The translations under genes and the position numbers were made by a program. A model generated the notes under the pieces. The model worked only from the letters and a program-made list of their open reading frames with translations. It had not been told where the DNA came from and did no database searches. A stretch of DNA of 64,000 nucleotides from Candidatus Eiseniibacteriota bacterium (GTDB lineage Bacteria > Eisenbacteria > RBG-16-71-46 > CAZAMP01): positions 4,256,001 through 4,320,000 of the forward strand of contig OZ245046.1 of assembly GCA_965224245.1 (NCBI GenBank), read 5' to 3'. Each line of letters opens with the position of its first letter. The stretch's first letter is position 1. Of the stretch, positions 37,044-46,417 are shown one piece after another.

Positions 37044-37478
37044 CTACTGTTTGTCGGGCGCCGCCGGCGCGTTCTTTCGTCCTTCGCTCTCGCCGGCGAC
37101 GATGGCGCTGGCCTCGATCTCGACCAGGAACTCGGGCGCGACCAGCGCCCGTACGCCGAGCCCGGTGCAGGCCGGACGGACGTCGCCGAACACCGCGGCG
37201 TGGGCGCGCGCGGCCTCGGGCCAGGTCGTCACGTCGGTCAGGTAGATCCGGGTGCGCACGACGTCGGCGAGGCTCGCGCCCGCGGCCGCCAGCGCCGCTC
37301 CGATCGTCGACAGGATGTGGGCGGTCTGCGCGTGCACGTCCCCCGGCCCCACGACGTTCCCGTCGGCGTCGATCGCGACCGTGCCCGACACCTCGACCCA
37401 GGGTCCCACGCGAACCGCTCGCGAGTAGCCCACGATGGACTCCCACGGAGCTCCGGACGAGACGCTGGTTCGCTCCAA
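37044..37478 (-). CDS. RidA/YjgF family protein
   Basis: SSGAPWESIVGYSRAVRVG, VSGT, VVRTRIY, RPA and LVEIEA; TTG start after GGAGG. Confidence 0.92.
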   Translation of the reverse strand: MERTSVSSGAPWESIVGYSRAVRVGPWVEVSGTVAIDADGNVVGPGDVHAQTAHILSTIGAALAAAGASLADVVRTRIYLTDVTTWPEAARAHAAVFGDVRPACTGLGVRALVAPEFLVEIEASAIVAGESEGRKNAPAAPDKQ

Positions 37479-37569
37479 TCGAGACCTCCGGTGAGATCGA
37501 GCGGATTCGGCGACGACCACGTGGTGAACGGGGATCCCCGGGATCCTAGGCGGCCCGATCGCGAGCGCC

Positions 37570-37605
37570 AAACGAAAACGGCCCCGGGGCGAGTGCCCGG
37601 GGCCG
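37570..37605 (-). terminator. Rho-independent terminator downstream of the FlgD-type M43 gene
   Basis: GC stem CGGCCCCGGG/CCCGGGGCCG (37579-37605), followed on the minus strand by TTTTCGTTT. Confidence 0.75.
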
Positions 37606-37630
37606 CGTCGTGTCGAGATCGTGGACGAGG

Positions 37631-38956
37631 CTACTTCATCAGCACCATGCGGCGCGTCAGCGACTGGCCCGCCATGTCCAGGCGATAGAAGTACACGCCT
37701 GTGGCCACCGAGCGCGCCTCGTTGTCGAGACCGTCCCACGTGAACTCGTGCAGACCGGCGTCGAACGAGCCCTCTGCGAGGTCACGGATGACACGACCGT
37801 TCACGTCGAGCACGTGAAGCGCGACCTCGCCCTCGTTCGCGAGGTCGAACGTGATCCGCGTGCGCGGATTGAACGGGTTCGGCTGGTTCTGGTGCAGCGT
37901 GAACAGCTGACCCGAGGACACCACGTCACCGACCGCGACGACGTCGATCACGTCGTACACCGCCGGGCGGTAGTTGATGAGCGCGCAGCGCATCCGGTTG
38001 CACTGCTCGGGCGTGAAGTTGTTCATGCAGGTGTCGTTCGTGTAGTCCATGTAGTTCCGGAACGGATCGATCGTGCCGCAGCTCGAGCCGCCGCAGCTGA
38101 AGCGCGGGTTGGCCTCGGGCTCGGTGTCGCAGATCAGGTCACCGCTCGTGTAGCACGCCGCCGCCGAGCCGCAGCCGCTCTGGAACGTGTGGTAGAGACC
38201 TGCCCAGTGGCCGACCTCGTGCGTGGCGGTCCGGCCCTGGTTGTACGGCGATCCCGGTGAGTCCCGGCCGAAGTACCGCCACCCGATGACGACGCGATCA
38301 GCGATCGCGCCCGCAATACCCGACCACGGGAAGCCCGGGACGTAGCCCAGGATCGACGAGGACCCCTGCGGCGCCCCGAGCGTGTAGATGTTCAGGAATC
38401 GGCTCGTGTCCTGGCCGAGCACGGCGTAGTACCAGCCGCCGGCCCCGGAATCGAACTGGTCGTTGTACCAGTTGTTGTTCGCGGTGCGCGTGATGCCCGT
38501 GGAGGGATTGCCGTTCTCGTCCTCGGTGGCGAGCTTGAAGCGAATCGCGCAGTCGGTTCCCGGCTCGCCCGGCGTGCCCACGAGGGCCTGGAAGTCCTCG
38601 TTGAGGATGTCGATCTGGCTCTGCACCATCGTGTCGGACATGTTTCCGGCACCGCTGGTGGTCGTGATGATGTGCACGAACACCGGGATCTCGTAGATGT
38701 CGACCGGGTTGTACAGGGAGCTGATCACGGTCTGCGAGCCGTTGCAGTCCGACGGCGGCGTGCGCTCGAGATCGTCCAGGGTCGGCGCCGGCGTTCCGCA
38801 GCGATCCCCGCTCAGGCGGAAGGCGTCGGAGGCATGATAGTCGGCCCAGCTGGCGTAGGTGACACCACGCACCTCCACCGGCTCGGCGCCGGCGGTGAGA
38901 GTCTGGAACGCGAGTGCGGCCAGAGCCGCGAGCGCTACGCGCGATTCGATCTTCAT
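37631..38956 (-). CDS. Secreted M43 zinc metalloprotease with C-terminal FlgD-Ig/T9SS-like sorting domain
   Basis: Signal peptide, RCGT, HEVGHWAGLYH and NYMDY; C-terminal NQPNPFNP...WDG...ATGVYFYRL...RMVLMK. Confidence 0.92.
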   Translation of the reverse strand: MKIESRVALAALAALAFQTLTAGAEPVEVRGVTYASWADYHASDAFRLSGDRCGTPAPTLDDLERTPPSDCNGSQTVISSLYNPVDIYEIPVFVHIITTTSGAGNMSDTMVQSQIDILNEDFQALVGTPGEPGTDCAIRFKLATEDENGNPSTGITRTANNNWYNDQFDSGAGGWYYAVLGQDTSRFLNIYTLGAPQGSSSILGYVPGFPWSGIAGAIADRVVIGWRYFGRDSPGSPYNQGRTATHEVGHWAGLYHTFQSGCGSAAACYTSGDLICDTEPEANPRFSCGGSSCGTIDPFRNYMDYTNDTCMNNFTPEQCNRMRCALINYRPAVYDVIDVVAVGDVVSSGQLFTLHQNQPNPFNPRTRITFDLANEGEVALHVLDVNGRVIRDLAEGSFDAGLHEFTWDGLDNEARSVATGVYFYRLDMAGQSLTRRMVLMK

Positions 38957-39210
38957 CGTGCCTCCGTGTAAACGATGGATGCCACTCGAGCCGCGGTTGC
39001 CCTCCGGCAGCATCGAGCAGACTTCGAGATGGGGGATTTGGCTGTCGAGTCCTCGTAACAGGGCCATCAGTTTAGCGGGGAGACGCGCGATCGATCAAGC
39101 GGGATCGACGACAACTGCTTGCAATACGCCACGTTTCGCGATCCAAACCTCGACACGGCGTTCGGGCGAGATCCGCCGAATCGGTGCGCAACCCGATGCC
39201 CGGCGGGGAG

Positions 39211-39239
39211 TTGACGTCACAAAACGCGCACCCTAGACT
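39211..39239 (+). promoter_or_regulatory. sigma70-like promoter
   Basis: TTGACG-N17-TAGACT upstream of the LysM amidase. Confidence 0.6.
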
Positions 39240-39346
39240 GCCGCTCCGGCGTCGCACCACCCCCGACCACGAACGTCGGTTCGCTTCGGCATCGGAGCGG
39301 GCCGGCTCGATTCAACCGGACCCAGGTCCACACGCGGCGAAACGAC

Positions 39347-41554
39347 ATGCACGGTCGCCCGACGAGGTCCCTTGCGCGCCGAGAACGCCCTTGGCGGCGC
39401 CTCGCGTCGCTCGCACTGGCGTCGTGCGCGCTCGTCGTCCCCTGGCCGATCTCCGCCTCGGCAACGGCGCCGCTCGCGGCCGCCGCGACGGCCCACGGCG
39501 CCGCCCCGGCCCAGCACGTCGTGGCCCCCGGAGAGAGCCTCAGCCACCTCGCCGAGCGCTACGGCGTCTCGATCCGGCAGCTCCGCGAGTGGAACGACCT
39601 CGGAAGCGACCTGATCCAGGTCGGCGAGGCGCTCGTCATCGCGCCGCCGCACGCGGAGCCGCCGCCGCTGAGCTTCGAGCGCCCCGGACGGCGCGGCCCG
39701 ACGCCGGCGCGCGGGCGCGCCGACGGAGCGGCAGACCGCGAGCCCGACGAGCCGTTGCCGTCCCGGGACGCCCCCCCGAGCACGTCCGCCTCCCCGGCCC
39801 CCGACGACCGCGACGTCCGGACCACTCACGTCGTCCGGCCCGGCGACACGCTCTCCGAGATCGCGGCGGCCCACGACGTGTCGGTCAGCACGCTGCGCGA
39901 TCTCAATCACATGAGCGGCGATCGGATCTACGTCGGCCAGGTTCTCCGCACGACCGAGACCGACGAGGACACGACCCGGGACCACACGCCGAGCGCGGAG
40001 TACATCGTGCAGCGAGGCGACACGCTCTCGGAGATCGCCCAGCGCTTCGGCGTGTCGATGAGCCTCCTGCGCGGCGCCAACGACCTCGCCGGAGACACCA
40101 TCGTGCCCGGCCAGCGGCTCCGGCTCACCCCCAGCGCGTCGGACGCGACCGTCGTGCACGTCGTGCGGCCGGGCGAATCGCTGTCGGCGATCGGCCAGCG
40201 CTACGGCGTCCGGGTCTCCGAGCTCCAGCGATTGAACGGCCTCCGGGGCTCGCGCATCTACGCCGGCCAGCGACTGCGTCTGCGGGCGACGCCGCGCGCG
40301 ACCCACGTCGTGGAGCGGGGCGATGCGCTGTGGGAGATCGCCGCCGCCTACGGCATGACCGTGACCGAGCTCGAGGCCCTGAACGGGCTCACGTCCAGCC
40401 GCATCTATCCCGGGCAGGTGTTGCAGCTCTCCGAGAGCGGCGCCAGCGCGACCGACACGTACGTGGTCAAGCGCGGCGATTCGCTGAGCGAGATCGCGCT
40501 CCTGCACCAGATGAGCCTCTCGGAGCTGATGGCGGCCAACCGCCTGACGTCGACCACGATCCATCCGGGACAGTCGCTCGAGGTACGTCCGCTCCTGCGG
40601 GGAGCCCGCGGCCAGGGCCCCACGCTGGAGAACGTCGTCTGGTCGCGGCTCGGCACCGACGTGGCCGGCTTCCGTCACATCGCGGCGGAGAACGGGCCGT
40701 ACCTGGGCCACCGTCCCCGGGCGGCCTACCAGCGGAGCAAGGGCTATCTGGAGGAGAGCGGCGTCGGACCCTGGACCGCCTACCGGCGAGCCTCGACGCT
40801 CCTGGCCGCCTTCGACGCCGAGGTCGACCGCATGCCCCGGCTCAGCAATCGCCTGGCGGGATGGCACATCGTGCTCGACCCCGGGCACGGGGGCATCGAC
40901 CCCGGGACCATCTCGAAGGTGCTGGACGGACGCGGCGACCCGGTGTTCGTCGTCGAGGACGAGTACGTCTACGACATCACCCTACGCATGTACGTGCTCC
41001 TGCGGCTGCACGGCGCCGACGTGACGCTGACGCTCTTGAGCCCCAATCACCTGATCCGCGCGTCCAATCCGGCCACGCGTACGTTCGTGCACGAGCGGAA
41101 CGAGGTATACAACGACCGCGAGCACAACCGGCGGAACGGTCCGGCACAGTGGCCGCGCGGCGGTCAGGCGGGGCTCGACGCGCGGATCGACGTCGCAAGA
41201 GCCGCGTTCGCGGGCGCCCGGCAGTCCAGGCGGCTGTTCCTGTCGATCCACGCCGACAACAGCCCCGGCACGCCGAACGTACCCCTGATCCTCTACTACG
41301 CGAGCCGTTCCCGGACCGACGGTCGCTCGCGGGGCTTCGCGAGGGCACTCCTGCCGTCGCTCGGCGCCGGTGCCCAGATGCGGGGACAGAACCTCGGCGT
41401 CCTCCGCCACAACCCCGCCGACTTCAAGCTGCTGGTCGAGGTCCGGAACGTGGCCTACGCGGACGAGGCGTGGTGCCTGCGCTTCGAGGAGCTGCGCCAG
41501 CGGGACGCCGAAAAAGTCGTTCGAGGGGTGCTCAACACCGTCAAGTCCCTGTAG
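39347..41554 (+). CDS. N-acetylmuramoyl-L-alanine amidase (Amidase_3) with six LysM repeats
   Basis: Six (H/Y)(V/I)VxxG(D/E)xL LysM units, then LDPGHGG, a conserved Glu, SIHAD and LVEV. Confidence 0.9.
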   Translation: MHGRPTRSLARRERPWRRLASLALASCALVVPWPISASATAPLAAAATAHGAAPAQHVVAPGESLSHLAERYGVSIRQLREWNDLGSDLIQVGEALVIAPPHAEPPPLSFERPGRRGPTPARGRADGAADREPDEPLPSRDAPPSTSASPAPDDRDVRTTHVVRPGDTLSEIAAAHDVSVSTLRDLNHMSGDRIYVGQVLRTTETDEDTTRDHTPSAEYIVQRGDTLSEIAQRFGVSMSLLRGANDLAGDTIVPGQRLRLTPSASDATVVHVVRPGESLSAIGQRYGVRVSELQRLNGLRGSRIYAGQRLRLRATPRATHVVERGDALWEIAAAYGMTVTELEALNGLTSSRIYPGQVLQLSESGASATDTYVVKRGDSLSEIALLHQMSLSELMAANRLTSTTIHPGQSLEVRPLLRGARGQGPTLENVVWSRLGTDVAGFRHIAAENGPYLGHRPRAAYQRSKGYLEESGVGPWTAYRRASTLLAAFDAEVDRMPRLSNRLAGWHIVLDPGHGGIDPGTISKVLDGRGDPVFVVEDEYVYDITLRMYVLLRLHGADVTLTLLSPNHLIRASNPATRTFVHERNEVYNDREHNRRNGPAQWPRGGQAGLDARIDVARAAFAGARQSRRLFLSIHADNSPGTPNVPLILYYASRSRTDGRSRGFARALLPSLGAGAQMRGQNLGVLRHNPADFKLLVEVRNVAYADEAWCLRFEELRQRDAEKVVRGVLNTVKSL

Positions 41555-41565
41555 TCTTTCCCGCC

Positions 41566-42741
41566 ATGAAACCCACGTTCAAGCTCCCCATCCCGGGACC
41601 GGCCTCGCGCCGCGGCGGCGCGTCGATCGCGGCGACCCCGGTGATCGCGTCGATCGCGGCGATCGCGGCGACGACACTCGGATGCGGCAACGACTCCGCA
41701 AGCGACGCTCGCGGTCCCGGTCCGGCCGGTCGGGGCAACGGCGCACGCTCGGCACTGCCGACGATGACGGTCGCGGTGGACACCGCCGAGACCGGCGACA
41801 TCGCCGACCACTACACGTCGTCGGCCACGCTCGATGCCGAGAAGCAAGCCGTGGTCGAGGCGCGCGTGTCCGGCGTCATCACGTCCATCGCGCACGAAGA
41901 GGGCGATCGCGTGGAGGCCGGCGCGATGCTGATGCGGATCGACGACACCGAGTACACCCTCCGCGTGCGCGAGGCCGAGGCCGAGGCCGCACGACTCACG
42001 AGCAAGTTCGAGCGCGCCGAGCGCATGTGGAACGAGAGCTTCATCTCACAGGAGGAGTACGAGCAGGCGGTGAACGACCGCGCGGCCGCCGAGGCGACGC
42101 TCGAACTGGCGAAGCTCGAGCAGTCGTACACGTCGGTGCGTGCACCGTTCGCGGGGCGGGTGGTCACCCGGCACGTCGACGTCGGACAGACCGTCAATCC
42201 GGGCGACCCGCTGTTCACGGTGGTCGATCTGAGTCGGCTCCTGGCCCGGGTCGCGGTTCCGGCCAAGGAGTTCCGGTCGATCCGGATCGACCAGCCGGTC
42301 TCGCTCGTCGTGGGCAGCAGCGGCACCGAGCTCCGGGGACGCGTTCACCTGGTGAGCCCGATCATCGATCCGTCCAGCGGGACCATCAAGGTCACCGTGA
42401 GCGTCGCGGACTTTCCTTCCGACACCCGACCCGGCGACTTCGCCGAGGTCAGCATCGTCACCGAGACCCGCGAACGACGCGTGCTCGTGCCGCGGAACGC
42501 GGTCCTGGCCGATCGGGGCGAGGACATCGTCTACGTCGCGACCGCCGACAGCACCGCGGAACGCCGCGTGGTCACGGTCGGCTTTCGCGACGACTCGCGC
42601 GCCGAGATCGTCTCGGGCCTCGAGCACGGTGAGCCCGTGGTCGTTCAGGGTCAGCGGGCGCTCCGTCACGGGCAGCCGCTTCGGATTCTCGCTCCGATGG
42701 AGTTCGAGGACGCTCCGGAAGACTCCGCCCGCGCGTCGTGA
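41566..42741 (+). CDS. RND efflux periplasmic adaptor (MFP) subunit
   Basis: Lipobox TLGC; lipoyl halves VSGVI...EGDRV and RAPFAGRV; IDPSSGT, RPG and GLEHGEPVV. Confidence 0.92.
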   Translation: MKPTFKLPIPGPASRRGGASIAATPVIASIAAIAATTLGCGNDSASDARGPGPAGRGNGARSALPTMTVAVDTAETGDIADHYTSSATLDAEKQAVVEARVSGVITSIAHEEGDRVEAGAMLMRIDDTEYTLRVREAEAEAARLTSKFERAERMWNESFISQEEYEQAVNDRAAAEATLELAKLEQSYTSVRAPFAGRVVTRHVDVGQTVNPGDPLFTVVDLSRLLARVAVPAKEFRSIRIDQPVSLVVGSSGTELRGRVHLVSPIIDPSSGTIKVTVSVADFPSDTRPGDFAEVSIVTETRERRVLVPRNAVLADRGEDIVYVATADSTAERRVVTVGFRDDSRAEIVSGLEHGEPVVVQGQRALRHGQPLRILAPMEFEDAPEDSARAS

Positions 42742-42753
42742 TCCTCGCCGGTC

Positions 42754-44241
42754 TCACTCCGGCTCGGCGCTCACGTCCCGGAGCCGCTCCCGCCCGCGAC
42801 CGTCACCGAGGCTCACCAGCACACCGAGCGTGCCCGAGACCACGAACGCCGGCACGAGCTCCTCGAGCGCCGCGAAGAACGGCCCGACGACCGGAGCCGA
42901 CGGCACGAGGAACTTGAACAGCGGCACGCAGAGGAAACCCGCCACCATGGCCACCAGCGCACCCCGTGCGGTGAAGCCCTTCCAGACGAGGCTGAGGATG
43001 ATCGTCGGACAGAACGTGGCCGCGATGCCCGACCATCCGAAGATGACGAACCAAAAGATCGTTCGCTCCGGCGTGACGACGGCGACCGTCATCGCGACCG
43101 CCAGCGCCAGCAGCGCCAGCGAGACCGTGGCTCGCCGCCCGAGGCTGAGCAGCTCCTCGTCGGTCATCGTGGGGTGCTTCACGCGCTGGTAGTAGTCCCG
43201 CACCGCCGCGCTCGACGCCACCACCAGGAGCGAGTCCGCGGTGGACATGATCGCCGACAGGACGATGGCCACGTAGACCCCCACGATGAACGTCGGCATC
43301 ACGTGGCTCGCCAGGTCGGGAAGCGCCCCTTCACCCGCGGAGCCGACGAGATGCCGGGCCAGCATGCCGATGAGCACGGCGCCGGCGTCGGCCAGGATGG
43401 TCCAGGTCAGCGCCACCGCGGCGCCGCGTCCGATCTCACGGTCGGATCGGATGGCGATGAAGCGAACGAAGATCTGAGGCGAGCCCAGGAAGCCGATGCC
43501 GATGCACGCGAGCGCGAGAATCGACGCGACCTCGACCGGCGTCCAGCCGGCCGAGCCTCCGAAGGACAGGAGCACGGGGTCGATCTCGCGAAGCCCATCC
43601 AGGACGGGGCCCAGGCCGCCCGCGACCGCGATGCCCACGATCGGCAGCGTCACGAGCCCCAGGAACATCATGAGGCCCTGGAACACGTCGGACCAGACGA
43701 CCGCGATGAACCCGCCGGTCGTCGTGTAGATCATCACCACCGCGAACCCGACGATCGCGCCCACGAAGTAGTTCCACCCCAGGAACCGCTCGAATGCCTG
43801 GCCGGTGGCGTCGATCTGCGCGCTCACGTAGATCGTCACGAAGGTCGTCAGCGCCAGGGCGGCGACGATGCGCAGATGATGGCGGGTGTCGCGAAAGCGG
43901 GCTTCGAGGTAGTCGGGGACGGTGACCGAGTCGTACCGGTCGGTGAGGTGCTTGAATCGTCTGGCCATCAGGAGCCAGGCCGCCCCCACGCCGAGGATCT
44001 CGCCCAGCACGACCCAGAACGCGCGGACGCCGACCGCCGCCCCCATTCCGGTGAGGCCGAGAAGCAGCCAGGCCGACTCGCCGGTCGCCCGCGCGGAGAA
44101 CGCGATGGCCCAGAAGCGCTGCCGCTTTCCTCCGACCACGTAGTCGCGGAGGTCGTGCGTGCGGCGGGCGGCGAGGACTCCGATCAGGATGAGCGCGGTG
44201 AGGTACAGGAGGACGGCAACCAGCTTCGACGCAGCGTCCAC
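42754..44241 (-). CDS. putP: Sodium/proline symporter (SSS family)
   Basis: SARATGESAWLLLGL, GGFIAVVWSD, GFLGSPQIFVRF and SAIMSTADS, with about 13 TM segments. Confidence 0.85.
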   Translation of the reverse strand: MDAASKLVAVLLYLTALILIGVLAARRTHDLRDYVVGGKRQRFWAIAFSARATGESAWLLLGLTGMGAAVGVRAFWVVLGEILGVGAAWLLMARRFKHLTDRYDSVTVPDYLEARFRDTRHHLRIVAALALTTFVTIYVSAQIDATGQAFERFLGWNYFVGAIVGFAVVMIYTTTGGFIAVVWSDVFQGLMMFLGLVTLPIVGIAVAGGLGPVLDGLREIDPVLLSFGGSAGWTPVEVASILALACIGIGFLGSPQIFVRFIAIRSDREIGRGAAVALTWTILADAGAVLIGMLARHLVGSAGEGALPDLASHVMPTFIVGVYVAIVLSAIMSTADSLLVVASSAAVRDYYQRVKHPTMTDEELLSLGRRATVSLALLALAVAMTVAVVTPERTIFWFVIFGWSGIAATFCPTIILSLVWKGFTARGALVAMVAGFLCVPLFKFLVPSAPVVGPFFAALEELVPAFVVSGTLGVLVSLGDGRGRERLRDVSAEPE

Positions 44242-44515
44242 AGGCAACTCCTCGTGGCCGGATCCGCCGCACCTATAAGCCAGTTCCTACACGATCGCAA
44301 GTGCCGGCCAGCCCGGCCACCCGCGGACGGCCTCCGTCCAGGTTTTCGGCCGGGCGTTCGATGAGGGGACGTGGCCGGTGACGGCTCCGGGCCCGGACGC
44401 GCGGGCGGGGGGATTGGCAGCTTCTGCCGATCCATGAGACAGTTACCCGCTTCGAACGAGCCTGCATCCCGAGATGAGTCGAGTCTCCGCGCCCCGTGGC
44501 GCGAGGAGGTCTTTC

Positions 44516-45922
44516 GTGGATCGTCTTTACGAGCCCCTGCAGTCCACCATCGACGGAAACGTCTACACCCCCGACCAGTTTGTCAACGAGCACCACACGA
44601 ACTACGGCCGCATCCACTACTGGACCCCTCGCTTCGTCGTCGAGCCGTCGTCGACGAAGGACGTGGCTGAAGTCATCCGCTTCGCCAAGGCCAACCGGCT
44701 CCACGTGTCGACCCGCGGTTCGGCGCACTCGCAGAGCGAGCTGGCGATCTCGGACGGCGGAATCCTCCTGACGATGAAGTCGATGCGCAAGATCATCTCG
44801 GTGGATCAGGCGAACGAGACGTGCGACGTGGAGGCCGGCGTCGTCTGGCGGGATCTCGTTCATCATCTGAAGCGGTGGAACCTCGCGCCTCGCGTGCTCA
44901 CGAACAACCTCGGAGTCACCGTCGGCGGCACCCTGTCGGTGGCCGGCATCGGCGTGGCGTCGTTCCGGTACGGCTCTCAGGGGGACAACGTCCAGGAGAT
45001 CGAGGTGGTCACGGGCACCGGAGAGATCGTGGTCTGCGCCCCCGACGGGCCGCGCGCGGATCTCTTCTGGTCGGCGATCGCCGGGCTGGGTCAGTCCTGC
45101 ATCATCACCCGGGCCCGGCTCACGCTGCGCCGAACGCCAGCGATGACACGCACTTACTACCTTCTGTACGACGACCTGGGCGTCTTCATGGAGGATGCCC
45201 GGACCGCGATGGATTCGGGCAAGTGGGACTACATCGAGAGCTGGGCGTCCCCGTGTCCCCAGGGCACCAAGCCCATCGGCGGCGAACGGCGCGTGTTCGC
45301 CAAGTGGTTCTACCCTTGCCATCTGACCGTCGAGTTCGATCCGACGTCGCCACCGGACGACGAGGCCATGCTGGAAGGGCTCCACCCGTACGACAACCTC
45401 TACACCGACGATCTCCCGACGATCGACTTCCACGAGCGCCTGGTGCCGGTCTTCGAGATCTGGAAGCGAGCGGGCACCTGGGAGTGGATGCATCCCTGGA
45501 TGGAGGTCGTGCTTCCCTATGACACGGCGCAGGACTACATCGAGCAGGTTCTGCCCGACCTGCCGCCGGGGCTCCTCGTCGGCGGCCACATCCTGTTGTG
45601 GCCGGCGAAGAACCCGGTCTCGCGCTCGCGCCTGTTCATGCGGCCGGACACCGAGAACCTGATCGGCTTCGGCATCCTGCCCGCGGTGCCCGAGAAGTTC
45701 TGGCCGCTGATCAAGCCCCAGCTCGAGAACGCGAGCCTCCTGAGCCAGATGATGGGCGGCAAGCGGTACCTGTCGGGCTGGATCGACTTCACGCCCGCCC
45801 AGTGGCGCGAGCACTTCGGTCCGCGCTGGGAGGAGCTGGTGCGTGCGAAGGAGACCTACGATCCGGACGGCATCCTGAATCCGGGATTCGTCAAGTTCGA
45901 AGACCCGGTCGAGGCCGGATAG
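44516..45922 (+). CDS. FAD-linked oxidase (VAO/PCMH family), cytokinin-dehydrogenase-like
   Basis: RGSAHS (covalent-FAD His position), TVGGTLSVAG, GLGQ, HPWM and YDPDGILNPG. GAGGAGG precedes GTG 44516. Confidence 0.85.
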   Translation: MDRLYEPLQSTIDGNVYTPDQFVNEHHTNYGRIHYWTPRFVVEPSSTKDVAEVIRFAKANRLHVSTRGSAHSQSELAISDGGILLTMKSMRKIISVDQANETCDVEAGVVWRDLVHHLKRWNLAPRVLTNNLGVTVGGTLSVAGIGVASFRYGSQGDNVQEIEVVTGTGEIVVCAPDGPRADLFWSAIAGLGQSCIITRARLTLRRTPAMTRTYYLLYDDLGVFMEDARTAMDSGKWDYIESWASPCPQGTKPIGGERRVFAKWFYPCHLTVEFDPTSPPDDEAMLEGLHPYDNLYTDDLPTIDFHERLVPVFEIWKRAGTWEWMHPWMEVVLPYDTAQDYIEQVLPDLPPGLLVGGHILLWPAKNPVSRSRLFMRPDTENLIGFGILPAVPEKFWPLIKPQLENASLLSQMMGGKRYLSGWIDFTPAQWREHFGPRWEELVRAKETYDPDGILNPGFVKFEDPVEAG

Positions 45923-45932
45923 GAGGCTCGAC

Positions 45933-46361
45933 ATGCCGATCCCGTTCGGAACCGACGAGTGGGCCCGCGCCCTGGTCACCGAGGTCAACGACTCCAGCGA
46001 GTACCGGAACGCGGCGGCGAAGTGGGGACGCGACTTCAACGGCAACCTCGTGTTCGCCTTCGAGGCCGACGAGGTGCTCGAGGAGCCGCGATATCTTCTC
46101 ATTCGGCTCGCCGGCGGACGGTCCGAGGGCGCCGAGTTCATCTCCGATCCCGATCACCCGGACGCGGGATTCACGCTGAGCGGACCGTTTCAGCTCTGGA
46201 AAGACATCCTCGAACGCAAGACAATGGCGGCCACGGCAATCCTGACCGGGAAGCTGCGGGTCGATGGTCCCAAGATGACGCTTCTCAAGCACACGGGCGC
46301 CAACCGCGCGCTCATCCACTGCACGGCGTCGATCGACACGCTCTTCCCGGGTGACGACTGA
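45933..46361 (+). CDS. SCP2 sterol/lipid-binding domain protein
   Basis: FGTDEW...VND..EYRNAAAKW and ILTGKLRVDG; AGGAGG RBS. Confidence 0.8.
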   Translation: MPIPFGTDEWARALVTEVNDSSEYRNAAAKWGRDFNGNLVFAFEADEVLEEPRYLLIRLAGGRSEGAEFISDPDHPDAGFTLSGPFQLWKDILERKTMAATAILTGKLRVDGPKMTLLKHTGANRALIHCTASIDTLFPGDD

Positions 46362-46417
46362 CGCCGGCGCCGCGGCGTAGAACCTGCGGTGCCGGCCCTC
46401 GACCCTGGAGGTTGTGC

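Noticed and set aside
39184-41565. Long N-terminal part of the 1185-aa ORF as a fusion to the RND adaptor
   Set aside because: Arg/Pro-rich off-frame read of the LysM amidase; the adaptor starts at about 41566.
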